A stretch of DNA of 64,000 nt, taken from positions 96,001-160,000 of the forward strand of contig JBMFRB010000003.1 of NCBI GenBank assembly GCA_049968255.1. Direction: 5' to 3'. Each line of letters opens with the position of its first letter. Position 1 is the stretch's first letter. Below, piece by piece: positions 8,972-19,331 of this stretch. The notes below the pieces were generated by a model. The model did not search any database. It was given only the letters and a program-made list of their open reading frames with translations, and had not been told where the DNA came from. Both the position numbers and the translations under genes were made by a program. Source of the stretch: Candidatus Sumerlaeaceae bacterium (GTDB lineage: Bacteria; Sumerlaeota; Sumerlaeia; Sumerlaeales; Sumerlaeaceae).

Positions 8972-11092
8972 ATGAACTTTGAACTGGTCACATCGTTTGA
9001 GCCCAAAGGCGACCAGCCGCAGGCTATCGAGGCACTTTGTGCGAACATCGAGCGCGGTGTGCGCCACCAAGTGCTGCTGGGCGTGACCGGAAGCGGCAAG
9101 ACGTTCACTATGGCGAACGTCATCGCGCGCATGAACCGCCCCACTCTGGTGCTGGCGCACAATAAGACTCTCGCCGCGCAGCTCTATCGCGAGTTCAAGG
9201 AGCTTTTCCCAAACAATGCTGTCGAGTATTTTGTTAGCTATTATGATTATTATCAGCCAGAAGCTTACATCCCTCAGACCGAAACTTACATCGAGAAGGA
9301 TGCGGCAATTAACGAAGAGCTCGACAAGATGCGTCTCGCGGCCACAAAGCATCTGCTGGAGCGCCGCGATGTTATCATCGTCGCGAGTGTGTCGTGTATC
9401 TATGGCATTGGATCGCCTACGGATTTTCACATGATGGTAGCCCTCGTCGAAGAAGGGCAGCGCATCTCGCGCGCGGAACTTCTGCGGCACCTGGCCGATA
9501 TCCAGTACGAGCGCAATGATTTCGATTTCCGCCGCGGAACGTTTCGCGTGCGTGGCGACGTGGTGGATGTCTTTCCTCCGTATGAAGAAACCACGGCGCT
9601 GCGTGTCGAGCTGTTTGGCAATGAAGTGGAGGCCATTTACGAGATCGACGCGCTGACAGGCCAGCGGTTGCGCCACGTGAAACGAGCCCTTATCTATCCA
9701 ACTTCGCATTACGTGACCTCACGCGAAAATCTCGAACGTGCCATGGCGTCGATTCGCGAGGAGCTCGAACAGCGGCTCTCCGAACTGCGGCGTCAGAACA
9801 AACTTGTCGAGGCTCAGCGGCTCGAGCAGCGCACGCTCTACGATTTGGAGATGCTCGAAACCATCGGCTATTGCCAGGGCATCGAGAATTACTCCCGTCA
9901 TCTCACAGGCCGCAAGGCGGGAGAGCCGCCGTGTACATTGCTCGACTATTTCCCGAAGGATTTCCTCGTGTTCATTGATGAAAGCCATGTCACCTTGCCG
10001 CAGCTGCGTGGCATGTACGAAGGTGATCGCTCGCGCAAGCAAGTGCTTGTCGACTACGGCTTCCGGCTTCCCAGTGCGCTGGACAACCGTCCGCTGAAAA
10101 TCGAAGAATTTGAAGAGCGCGTGAATCAGGTGATTTATGTGAGCGCCACGCCCGCCGATACGGAGCTTTGCAAAGCCGGCGGCGTTGTTGTGGAACAGCT
10201 CGTGCGGCCCACAGGACTTATTGATCCGCGGATCGAGATTCGTCCTGCCAAGGGGCAGGTCGAGGATGCCCTCCACGAAATACGCGCCCGAATCGAGCGG
10301 GGCGAGCGCGTGCTGATCACCGTCCTCACTAAGCGCATGGCTGAGGATCTGACCGATTACTTGTGCGAGCTCGGGATCGCGGCCAAGTACATGCACTCGG
10401 ACATTGACGCGATCGAGCGCACCGAGATTATTCGCGATCTGCGCCTTGGCAAGTTTGATGTCCTGGTCGGCATCAACCTTTTGCGCGAGGGGCTCGACTT
10501 GCCAGAAGTTTCTTTGGTGCTGATTTTCGACGCTGACAAGGAAGGGTTCCTGCGCGGACGCACAGCACTCATCCAAACGTGTGGACGCGCGGCACGCAAC
10601 GTCAACGGCACGGTGATCATGTACGCCGATGTCATGACCACGGCCATACGGGAAACCATTGCAGAGACGGAGCGGCGCCGCGCTAAGCAGATGGAATATA
10701 ACCGCGAGCATGGCATCACGCCCGCCTCCGTGAAAAAAGAAATCAAAACCATTCTCGAAACCGTTTATGAGGCTGACTATCCTGAACTGCCCATGGTGGC
10801 GGAAATAGAGGGCGAATACCTGAGCGCAGCGGAGGCAGCAAGGCTTATCGGGCAGCTGCGCAAGGAGATGCGCGAGGCGGCTTCGCGACTGGAATTTGAA
10901 ACCGCTGCTGAACTTCGCGACCGAATTCTCTATCTCGAGGAGCAAATGCGCCAAGGAGGCGATGTGGTGGCTTTACCCAAAACACTACCTCGCAAAAACT
11001 TCCAGCCGCAACGGGCCGAGTTGGATCGGCGCAAATCCGGAACGCGGCGGTCCGGCAGCAAGAAATCCAATGGGTCTACCCCCGGACGATAG
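8972..11092 (+). CDS. uvrB: Excinuclease ABC subunit B
   Basis: [47 protein letters not shown] and a C-terminal UVR domain. Confidence 0.99.
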   Translation: MNFELVTSFEPKGDQPQAIEALCANIERGVRHQVLLGVTGSGKTFTMANVIARMNRPTLVLAHNKTLAAQLYREFKELFPNNAVEYFVSYYDYYQPEAYIPQTETYIEKDAAINEELDKMRLAATKHLLERRDVIIVASVSCIYGIGSPTDFHMMVALVEEGQRISRAELLRHLADIQYERNDFDFRRGTFRVRGDVVDVFPPYEETTALRVELFGNEVEAIYEIDALTGQRLRHVKRALIYPTSHYVTSRENLERAMASIREELEQRLSELRRQNKLVEAQRLEQRTLYDLEMLETIGYCQGIENYSRHLTGRKAGEPPCTLLDYFPKDFLVFIDESHVTLPQLRGMYEGDRSRKQVLVDYGFRLPSALDNRPLKIEEFEERVNQVIYVSATPADTELCKAGGVVVEQLVRPTGLIDPRIEIRPAKGQVEDALHEIRARIERGERVLITVLTKRMAEDLTDYLCELGIAAKYMHSDIDAIERTEIIRDLRLGKFDVLVGINLLREGLDLPEVSLVLIFDADKEGFLRGRTALIQTCGRAARNVNGTVIMYADVMTTAIRETIAETERRRAKQMEYNREHGITPASVKKEIKTILETVYEADYPELPMVAEIEGEYLSAAEAARLIGQLRKEMREAASRLEFETAAELRDRILYLEEQMRQGGDVVALPKTLPRKNFQPQRAELDRRKSGTRRSGSKKSNGSTPGR

Positions 11093-11729
11093 GTCCTTTC
11101 CCCACCCGAGTTTCGCTAGCGTCCCCAGCTGTTGATCCTCATGACGGTGAGGCTAAAACCGGAGGTCTCGCCCCCCTCTTTGTCGGTCGACTCAAGCCTA
11201 CTCTAAACACACAAAGCAAAAGCCAGAGACAAGACTCTCCGTAAACAATCGCACGGCTGGTCATTTGTTGCTCGTCCTGCCTGCGTGGGCTTGCACCTTA
11301 TTCAATGCGGTTTCGTGTGAACGGGGTGGATCTTTTGAGCAAGAGGTAACGGGTGCTGTGCGTATGGTTCTTGTAAGACCCGCGAAACCCGATGCTGGGC
11401 AAAACCGTAACACACATTTGCGCGGCGATTCTTCCTTACGCCCGCGTAGGAAGGGTTTCTCGTGGCCGATGCGCGAATCGACACGCGCGACACACCTACG
11501 AGAAGAACTGTCATCTTAGCAGAGCGTAGATTCAATCATGCCGGGAACGCGCAGCCGCCTACGTTGCTAGATGACCGAGGCACTTACGATGAAGCCGAAA
11601 AACTTGGCTTGCGCTCAGCGCGCGCAGATTCATGGCACCACCCTCGGCACTCACGACAGCGAGCGCCTCACTCCACTGGCAAGCGCGGGATCAGCCGGAC
11701 GTCAGCGGAACAGCGCGGTCAGCCACCGC

Positions 11730-11972
11730 TTAGTCAATGAGCTCAGCCAACTTCGACACGAGCTCGTCTTTCTCCTTTGCCACAGCCTCAAGCTCGGCAA
11801 TCTTCGCCTCTAATTCAGCGATCTTGCCTCGGAGCTCCTCGATTGTCGCCGCTTGGTCTTTGATCGTCATTTCGTGCTCATGGATCTGCTTTTGCTGCTC
11901 GACAATCACTTCATTTTGTTCCGCAATTTTGGCTTGGATCCGCGAGATAATTTCTTGGGTCGACAGGCTCAT
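11730..11972 (-). CDS. Small all-coiled-coil protein (ZapB-like size and pattern)
   Basis: 80 aa of continuous heptads including KIAELEA twice. AAGGGA RBS upstream. Confidence 0.7.
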   Translation of the reverse strand: MSLSTQEIISRIQAKIAEQNEVIVEQQKQIHEHEMTIKDQAATIEELRGKIAELEAKIAELEAVAKEKDELVSKLAELID

Positions 11973-12367
11973 GGCGTTCCCTTTTCCGGTTATGTTCGGT
12001 GGGTGTATACGATTGGTACGAGTAGTAAATCAAGGACATTTGTCGAAGCCTTCTCGGCGCGAGGGATGTGCGGCATGTCCGGGCCGCGCAAGCTAACACG
12101 CGGTGTTGCGGCTATCCAAGACAAGAGCTTGCCTTTTGCGCTTGGCGCGGTGCATCTTGCCACCCTGCATTTAGTGCTTCTGTCGTCGCTACGTCGCGCG
12201 TTTTTGGCCAACACTTGTCTGATGCCATGCAGCGAGATTGTCGCGCTTGGCCCACATGGCCGTCGGCGGGCGAGCTCTGTGAGTACACGTCGTAAGACAT
12301 CGCTTCGAACTTGGTGAGACCTTGGGAGAGGAAAATCCATCATCAGGAACTTCTTGCATCGAGATAT

Positions 12368-12376
12368 TGTTATAAT
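12368..12376 (+). promoter_or_regulatory. Putative extended -10 promoter of the efflux operon
   Basis: TGtTATAAT ending 15 nt before ATG 12392. Confidence 0.35.
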
Positions 12377-12391
12377 CTACTAGACTAATAG

Positions 12392-13805
12392 ATGAAAAAG
12401 AGCGTAGAACTGGTTATGTCCACCGCCGCAATGAGCGCTGTGAGATGCCAAAAACATTTTTTGCTGCTTGTCCTGCTTTTGACCGGTTGAAACGGGCTCC
12501 AGCCTATTTCGGAGCTGAACGCCCGGCAGTCGGTGGCGACAGTGTCGGCCAAGTACGGCCCCGAGAAGAAAGTCAATCTCCCCCGCTTGCGTCCAGAAAG
12601 TCGGCTGTCGGATTTTTTAGTCTATGGTATGCTAAACTCCCCGGAAGTTGAGGCGGCATATCATGACTGGATAACTGCAGTCGAGAAGATAACAGGGGAA
12701 CGTTCGTTGCCTGATCCACGGCTGACACTGCAAGCAGATATTGCTCAAATGGTTACTTCTCTCATGCCGGGGGCGATGTTCGATCTTTCGGCTGTTGGAA
12801 AACTCAAGGCCCGTGCGGATGTGCAGTCAGCCGAAAGTTTTGCAAAGTACTACGAATTTGAAAGCGCCGTTTATAAGACAGCGTTCAATATCAAGGGCTC
12901 CTATTACCAACTTTATTTTCTTGAAGAAAAGACAAAGGTAAACCAGCGCATCTTGGAGCTGTTGAAGGATTTAGAGGAAATCGCTCGGCGACGTAACGAG
13001 TTGAGTCTTGGGTCTCTGGATGACGTCCTGCGAATTCAGATAGAAGAGGAGCGATTGAAGACGGAAATCGCAAACCTCGAAGAGTCGCGCAAGTCTTTGC
13101 TCGCGCAATTCAAAGCCGCTCTTGGAATCCGGCCGGATAGACCTGACCCGCCAATTCCGGCAAGCTTCCAAACGACTTCACTCACTCTGCGCGAAGATGC
13201 GCTGCTAAAAGCGGCTCTGAAAAAAAAATCCTTCCATAAAGGCGCTTGAAGCACAAATAGAAAGCGCTAAAGCCCAAATACATCTGGCGAATCAGGCAAA
13301 GATACCAGATCTTAGCGCGGGCGTTGAAGTTGATGTTCGTGCCTCCCCAAAAATGTGGCGCCCACAATTGGGGCTGACTCTGCCGATTTGGCGGGACAAA
13401 ATTAAAGCGGATATTGCAGCAGCCGAGTCTAAAAAGAAATCAGCCGAAGCACGCCGCAAACAGGCTCAGATTGAACTCGCCGCAGCCATAGCTGAAAGGC
13501 TGTTCATGTATCGCGAAGCCACGCTCACAGGAAACACTCTCTCCCAGCAGCTCATCCCACGGGCACAGCAGGCCCTCGATATCTCCCGAGCAGATTACTC
13601 CGCCGGTAAAGCTCAGTTTCTGTCTGTGATAGAGAACCTAAAACTTCTATACTCGATGGAACTCGAACGTGTTGAAGCAAATACTCGGCGCGAGCTTGCA
13701 CTGGCAGAATTAGAATTACTTGTCGCGAATGTTTCGCCACCGGGCGCTCCGTTGCTCTCCGAAACGCAACAGAGAGCGCTGGTCAGCAATCAGCAGAGGA
13801 ACTAA
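12392..13805 (+). pseudogene. cusC: TolC/CusC-family outer membrane efflux lipoprotein, interrupted by an in-frame TGA at the lipobox and a +1 frameshift in an A9 tract
   Basis: Reads MKKS...FLLLVLLLTG*NGLQ in frame with ORF 12533..13249. Removing one A from A9 (13220-13228) gives ALKKNPSIKALEAQI...GLTLPIW, joining ORF 13353..13805. OEP-type repeats present. Confidence 0.85.
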
Positions 13806-13806
13806 T

Positions 13807-15093
13807 ATGAGGAAACCTCTTGTCGCAATAGCATTCCTTGTCATAGTCACGTTACTGGGAACTTATTATTGGGATCATGGTGATCGTATGGCTAACCAGC
13901 ATGATCATCATGAAGCGAAAACTGCAACTCTTTACACCTGCCCTATGCATCCTACTTACACGAGTCCCAAGCCTGGCTCGTGTCCTATTTGTGGAATGGA
14001 CCTGGTGCCGATGGAGCAGACAAGCGGTCACGGGGAACATTCTTCTCTACCATCGGAAAAGACGGGTGGAGTTGAGGGCCGCGTCGCGATAACGTTGACC
14101 GCTGAAAAACAGCAAAAAATCGGCGTTCGGCTTGCTAAAGTTGAGAAGAGCCGTTTCTCGAAAACGGCTCGGCTCACCGCGGTGCTCGAACATGACGAAA
14201 CTCGATATGCACGCATAGCGCCACGTGTGAGTGGCTGGATACAGAAACTCTATGCGAATTATACCGGGCAACACATTGACCAGGGTAGCCCGCTCATGTC
14301 CGTTTATAGCCCTGATGTCCTCAGTGCCACGACGGAATATCTTATCGCGTTCGAACAGGTGGAGAAGATGAAAGCCGGCACGTCCAATATTGATCTCGAA
14401 AGAGCCAAGAATCTTCTCAGCTCAACACGAGAACGCCTTGCGCTCTGGGAGATAGGTCCGGAGCAGATCTCTGAAATTGAAAAGACACGACGTCCATTAA
14501 CTGAGGTTGTTTTCCACGCGCCCGTCTCGGGTCATATTATTACAAAAACAGCAATCGAAGGGCGGTATTTTGCAGCCGGAGAGACTCTCTTTGAAATTGG
14601 CGATCTCTCCCATCTTTGGGTGCGAGTCTACATTTACGAACAAGATTATCCTTACACCAAAGTTGGCCAAAAGGCCATCGTTCATCTGCCTTCTCTCAAC
14701 CAAACGGTTGAGGGAACGATTACATTTATCTATCCTCATATTGACGAGTTTACAAGAAGGGCTGAAGCAAGAATTGAAGTAGCGAATCCAGAACATGTGC
14801 TTAGGCCAGGACTATGGGGTTATGCTGAGGTAGAGCTTGACTATGGCACCGCGACTCTTGTGCCGCCCTCTGCTGTCATAGACACAGGCGAAAGATATGT
14901 CGCATTTGCTATCAGAGATAATGGGCAGTTTGAGCCGCGTGATGTCGAGATCGGTGTCAAGACGGATGACTTTTATCAAGTGCTTGAAGGTCTTCGAGAA
15001 GGTGACACGGTCGTCGTCAACCCTCTTTTTCTTATCGATGCAGAAAGTCAGCTTAGAGCGGCCATGGGTGGCCTGAGTGCACATAAACACTAG
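13807..15093 (+). CDS. cusB: CusB-type RND periplasmic adaptor with heavy-metal-binding domain
   Basis: N-terminal TM, His-rich stretch, YTCPMHP..PGSCPICGMDL, IAPRVSGWIQKLY and FLIDAESQL. Confidence 0.92.
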   Translation: MRKPLVAIAFLVIVTLLGTYYWDHGDRMANQHDHHEAKTATLYTCPMHPTYTSPKPGSCPICGMDLVPMEQTSGHGEHSSLPSEKTGGVEGRVAITLTAEKQQKIGVRLAKVEKSRFSKTARLTAVLEHDETRYARIAPRVSGWIQKLYANYTGQHIDQGSPLMSVYSPDVLSATTEYLIAFEQVEKMKAGTSNIDLERAKNLLSSTRERLALWEIGPEQISEIEKTRRPLTEVVFHAPVSGHIITKTAIEGRYFAAGETLFEIGDLSHLWVRVYIYEQDYPYTKVGQKAIVHLPSLNQTVEGTITFIYPHIDEFTRRAEARIEVANPEHVLRPGLWGYAEVELDYGTATLVPPSAVIDTGERYVAFAIRDNGQFEPRDVEIGVKTDDFYQVLEGLREGDTVVVNPLFLIDAESQLRAAMGGLSAHKH

Positions 15094-15127
15094 CCGCAGA
15101 GTAATCTTCATCTTTCTTCGAGGTAAC

Positions 15128-18100
15128 ATGGCCCATACGCAACATACAGGACGCTCTGGGGATTCGGTAGTAGAACGAATTATTGAGTGGAGTGCCCGAA
15201 ACAAGTTCTTTGTATTCGTTTTGATAGGGGCGCTGTTTCTTGGAGGATTGTGGTGCACCCTCAATACCCCTCTTGATGCACTTCCCGATTTATCAGATGT
15301 GCAAGTCATTGTCTACACCCCTTGGGAGGGGCGGAGCCCGAACCTTGTCGAAGATCAGATTACTTATCCAATTGTCACGAGGCTCCTTTCCGCTCCGAAA
15401 GTTCGGGTGGTTCGCGGATTTAGCTTCTTTGGGTATTCATTTGTCTATGTCATTTTCGAAGATGGGACGGATATCTACTGGGCTCGCTCGCGTGTGCTTG
15501 AGTACCTTCAAGCGATCAGTGGACAGTTACCGCCGGGGGTGACACCGACCCTTGGGCCTGATGCCACGGGGGTAGGATGGGGCTTTCAGTATGCTTTGGT
15601 CGACAGGAGTGGTAAGCACGATCTTGGTCAACTACGCGCATTTCAGGACTGGTATTTGCGCTACTGGCTTCAGAGTATAGAGGGTGTGGCTGAAGTGGCG
15701 ACTTTTGGAGGATTTGAAAAGCAATATCAGATCACCATTGACCCAGACAGACTTTTGGCCTATGGGGTTTCTGTTGGGCAAATCGTAGATGCAGTTCGCA
15801 GAGCAAATAATGATGTAGGAGCCAGAGAACTCGAACATTATGGGACGACCTATCTGGTGCGCGGGCGAGGCTACATTAAGTCCCTGGATGATCTCAGAAA
15901 GGTGACCGTAGCAGTCGATAAGCGCGGAGTTCCTATTTTGTTGAAAGAGGTAGCCAGCCAAATAACGTTCGGACCTGACATGCGGCGGGGAGCAGCTGAT
16001 TTCAACGGCGAAGGCGATACGCCAGGCGGGATCGTTGTTATTCGGTTTGGCGAAAACGTCCTTCGCGTGATTGATCGCATTAAGAAAAAGCTCGAAGAAA
16101 TCAAGCCGTCCTTGCCGGAAGGGGTAGAGATTGTTACGACTTATGATCGATCGGATTTGATAAAACGCAGCATCACCACGCTCACAAGGACGCTGATCGA
16201 AGAAAGTATCATAGTTAGCATCATCGTGCTTATCTTTCTTCTTGATATCGGGGGCGCGTTGAGAGCGATTGTTGTACTCCCTATTGCTGTGGTTTTGGCC
16301 TTTATTCCCATGTACTTTGCGGGAATAACGGCGAACATTATGTCCCTGGCGGGAATCGCGATTTCGATTGGAGTGCTTACCGATGAAGCGGTCGTGATGG
16401 TGGAGAACGTTCACAAGCGTTTAGAGCACGCCCCCGAAACACATGACTAGGGCACAACGCGTAGAGGTGATCATCGATGCCTGCAAACAACTTGGGCGAC
16501 CAATGTTTTTTGCTCTTTTGGTCATTACCGTAAGTTTTCTTCCCGTGTTCACCTTAGAGGCTCAAGAAGGACGCCTATTCAAACCCTTAGCGTATACGAA
16601 GACGTTTACACTTGCGTGGGCAGCACTGTTGTCGATCACCTTAGGCCCTGCCTTGATTGTTCTTATGACTGGGGCCAAAGTGGTCCCTGAGCATCAGCAC
16701 CCGATAAGTCGAGTGTTGCATCGCCTTTATTACCCATGGGTGAGTGCCCTGATGCGCCGCCGCAAGTTGTCCATTGCTATTGCGGTCTTGGCGGTTGTCA
16801 GTGCGGTCCCTATCTATAAAAGACTGGGCAGCGAGTTTATGCCTCCCTTGAATGAGGGAACAATCCTCTACATGCCAACCACCTTGCCAACGATATCGAT
16901 TACAGAAGCGACACGTCTGCTTCAAATTCAAGATCGAATCCTGAAGGAATTCCCTGAAGTTCTCACAGTTCATGGCAAGGCGGGGCGCAGCGAAACGGCA
17001 ACGGACCCCGCCCCTTTAGAAATGTTCGAGACGGTTATCCAACTCAAACCCCAGGAGCAATGGCGAAAAGTCGAGGTTGCGAGATGGTATTCCTCCTGGG
17101 CTCCTGAATGGCTCAAAAAAATCTTGCGCCTTTTTTGGAGCGAAGAGCGCCCTCTGAGCTGGCGGGAACTTATCAACGAAATGGATGCCGCGCTCCGTAT
17201 CCCCGGGGTCGTCAACGCATGGACAATGCCCATCAAGGCGCGCATCGACATGCTTTCTACGGGGATTCGTACCCCTGTTGGCGTGAAAATTATGGGCCCC
17301 GATCTCACGGTGATCAATGAAATTGGACAGAAACTCGAGACCATTATCAAAAATGTGCCTGGGACACGAAGTGTTTACGCGGAACGCACGGTTGGAGGGC
17401 TTTACATTGACATTATCCCCAAAAGAGAGGACATCGCACGTTACGGACTCAATGTCGAGGACGTACTGGACGTTGTTGAGACGGCGATTGGCGGCATGCC
17501 TATCGATCGGACAATTGAGGGAAGAGAGCGTTATACAATCAATTTGCGTTATAGCCGAGAGCTAAGGGATAGTATTGAAAAGCTTCGTAGAATCCCAGTG
17601 CCCATCAGAACCACTAATGTATCCGCGATGGCGGACACAAACAACGCGATGAGCGCTGATAATAGTTCCAAAACAGCAGGCGTCGGAGACGGGAAAGTCA
17701 TACAGGTACCGCTGGGGCAACTGGCTGATTTCAAGGTTTCGCAGGGGCCACCTTCCATCAAAGACGAAGATGGAGCACTTACAGGATGGGTTTATATAGA
17801 TCTTGTAGATAAAGATATTGGTTCTTATGTGGAAGAAGCTAAAAATGCTGTTCGGAAAGCTATTGAGACGGAGCACTTTCTCCCAGCCGGATACCATCTT
17901 GTGTGGTCAGGTCAGTACGAGTACATGCTGCGTGTCGAAAATCGCCTAAAAGTGGTCGTGCCAATCACCTTATTTGTCATATTTATGTTGATATACATGG
18001 ATTTTAAGAAGATAAGTCCAACCCTCATCATTCTTTTGTCTGTACCTTTTGCCATTACGGGAAGTATTTGGGCACTCTATCTTCTGCATTACAATCTGAG

Positions 18101-18569
18101 TATTGCTGTATGGGTCGGAATTATCGCGCTTGCCGGTCTTGCTGCCCAAACAGGAACTATGATGGTGGTGTACCTGGAAGAGGCGTTTCATTTGTGGAAA
18201 AGTGCCGGACGCATGAAAACGCAGTATGACCTTTTCGAAGCTATTACGTACGGGGCTGTTCAGCGAGTGCGCCCTAAACTTATGACAGTCGCGAGCACAA
18301 TTCTGGGATTAGTGCCCGCTTTGTGGGCCCATGGTGCTGGTGCAGAGGCAATTCAGCGGATTGCAGCACCCATGGTGGGCGGACTTATCACAAGCGCGAT
18401 TCTGACATTGGAAATCGTCCCCGCTATTTACAGCTTGTGGCGAGGACGGGAAGTTCAATGGGTCAAGGGGCCTCCACCACCAAAAAAATCTTGGAAGGAG
18501 CTGAACGAGGAGTTCCAGGAATTGGAAAAAATGCGTTTTGCGGCGGCTGACGTGAGAAACTCGGAGTAA
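15128..18569 (+). pseudogene. cusA: CusA-family Cu(I)/Ag(I) RND efflux pump split into two ORFs (15128..16450 and 16443..18569) by a +1 frameshift
   Basis: DALPDLSDVQVI, GPDATGVGW, DEAVVMVEN, Met sites LYMP/PLEMFET/IDMLSTG and RVRPKLMT. Deleting one C from C5 (16431-16435) restores HAPKHMTRAQRVEV. Confidence 0.88.
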
Positions 18570-18631
18570 CTTCAATTGGGGATAAAGCATTGATTTCGGA
18601 TAAAGCATTTGCGCTCCGCCATCCAGAGCGT

Positions 18632-18658
18632 CGGCTGCGTGGGGCGGTTGTTTTTTTT
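18632..18658 (+). terminator. Putative intrinsic terminator after cusA
   Basis: CGGCTGC-GTGGG-GCGGTTG stem (several G-U pairs) followed by T8. Confidence 0.35.
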
Positions 18659-19331
18659 CGATCCCTGTCGACGTGATTGATACGGTAGGGCAAACAGTAG
18701 ACGATCGCCCGCTTTCTGGGGTACGAGCAAAACGTAGGCTTCCAAGGGAATGCCCCCTCTGCCCGAGAGTGTGCTTTTGCGCGAGCCAGCGCGCTACTTT
18801 TTCGTTGCCGTTTGTCCAGAGACGCCGTCCGAACGGTCTCTCGTGATACGGGTTTTCTTGTGCGGAGGGATTTTTGTGCGCATATGTGCGGGACTTGGGG
18901 TGGGGGCTTTTCACTTCCGGACGAACAGCACGTCAGCACAGAAAGGTCGAGTTCTCGTGGAAAGGCTTTCCTTCTGCAAAACGGCGTGCCCTCAATGGGC
19001 TATGAGCTGACGCAGTCAGTCGATCAGGATCGCGAACTCGATCTTCACCCCCTTGCGGGAAATTACCGTCAGGAAATCCCCGAAGGCCATGGTGTGCCAA
19101 AGCATCCGGTCGCCTCACCCGATAAGGAGGCAGTTGTGTTTGTCTCCCGCGTGGGGCCGTGCCTCCTTCGCCTTCTGAGCACTGTATTCAAAAGTCCCTC
19201 GCAAAACGCTCAAACCATGACCGAGGCATTTGTTGATTGTTCGACTCTGTGCTGTCGTATTGTACGCAGATTGCAGGGCAAAAGGGATCGGTCTCGGCAA
19301 TTGAGTGAGCTGAAGGTGGACACGTGGAACC

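Noticed and set aside
9719-10954. 411-aa antisense ORF (and other minus-strand ORFs) over uvrB
   Set aside because: Shadow ORF of a conserved gene in GC-rich DNA, with no motifs.
11380-11500. GGGCAAAACC plus downstream hairpin as a c-di-GMP-I riboswitch
   Set aside because: Lacks the GAAA-capped stem and GACGCAAA element, and there is no co-oriented gene directly downstream.
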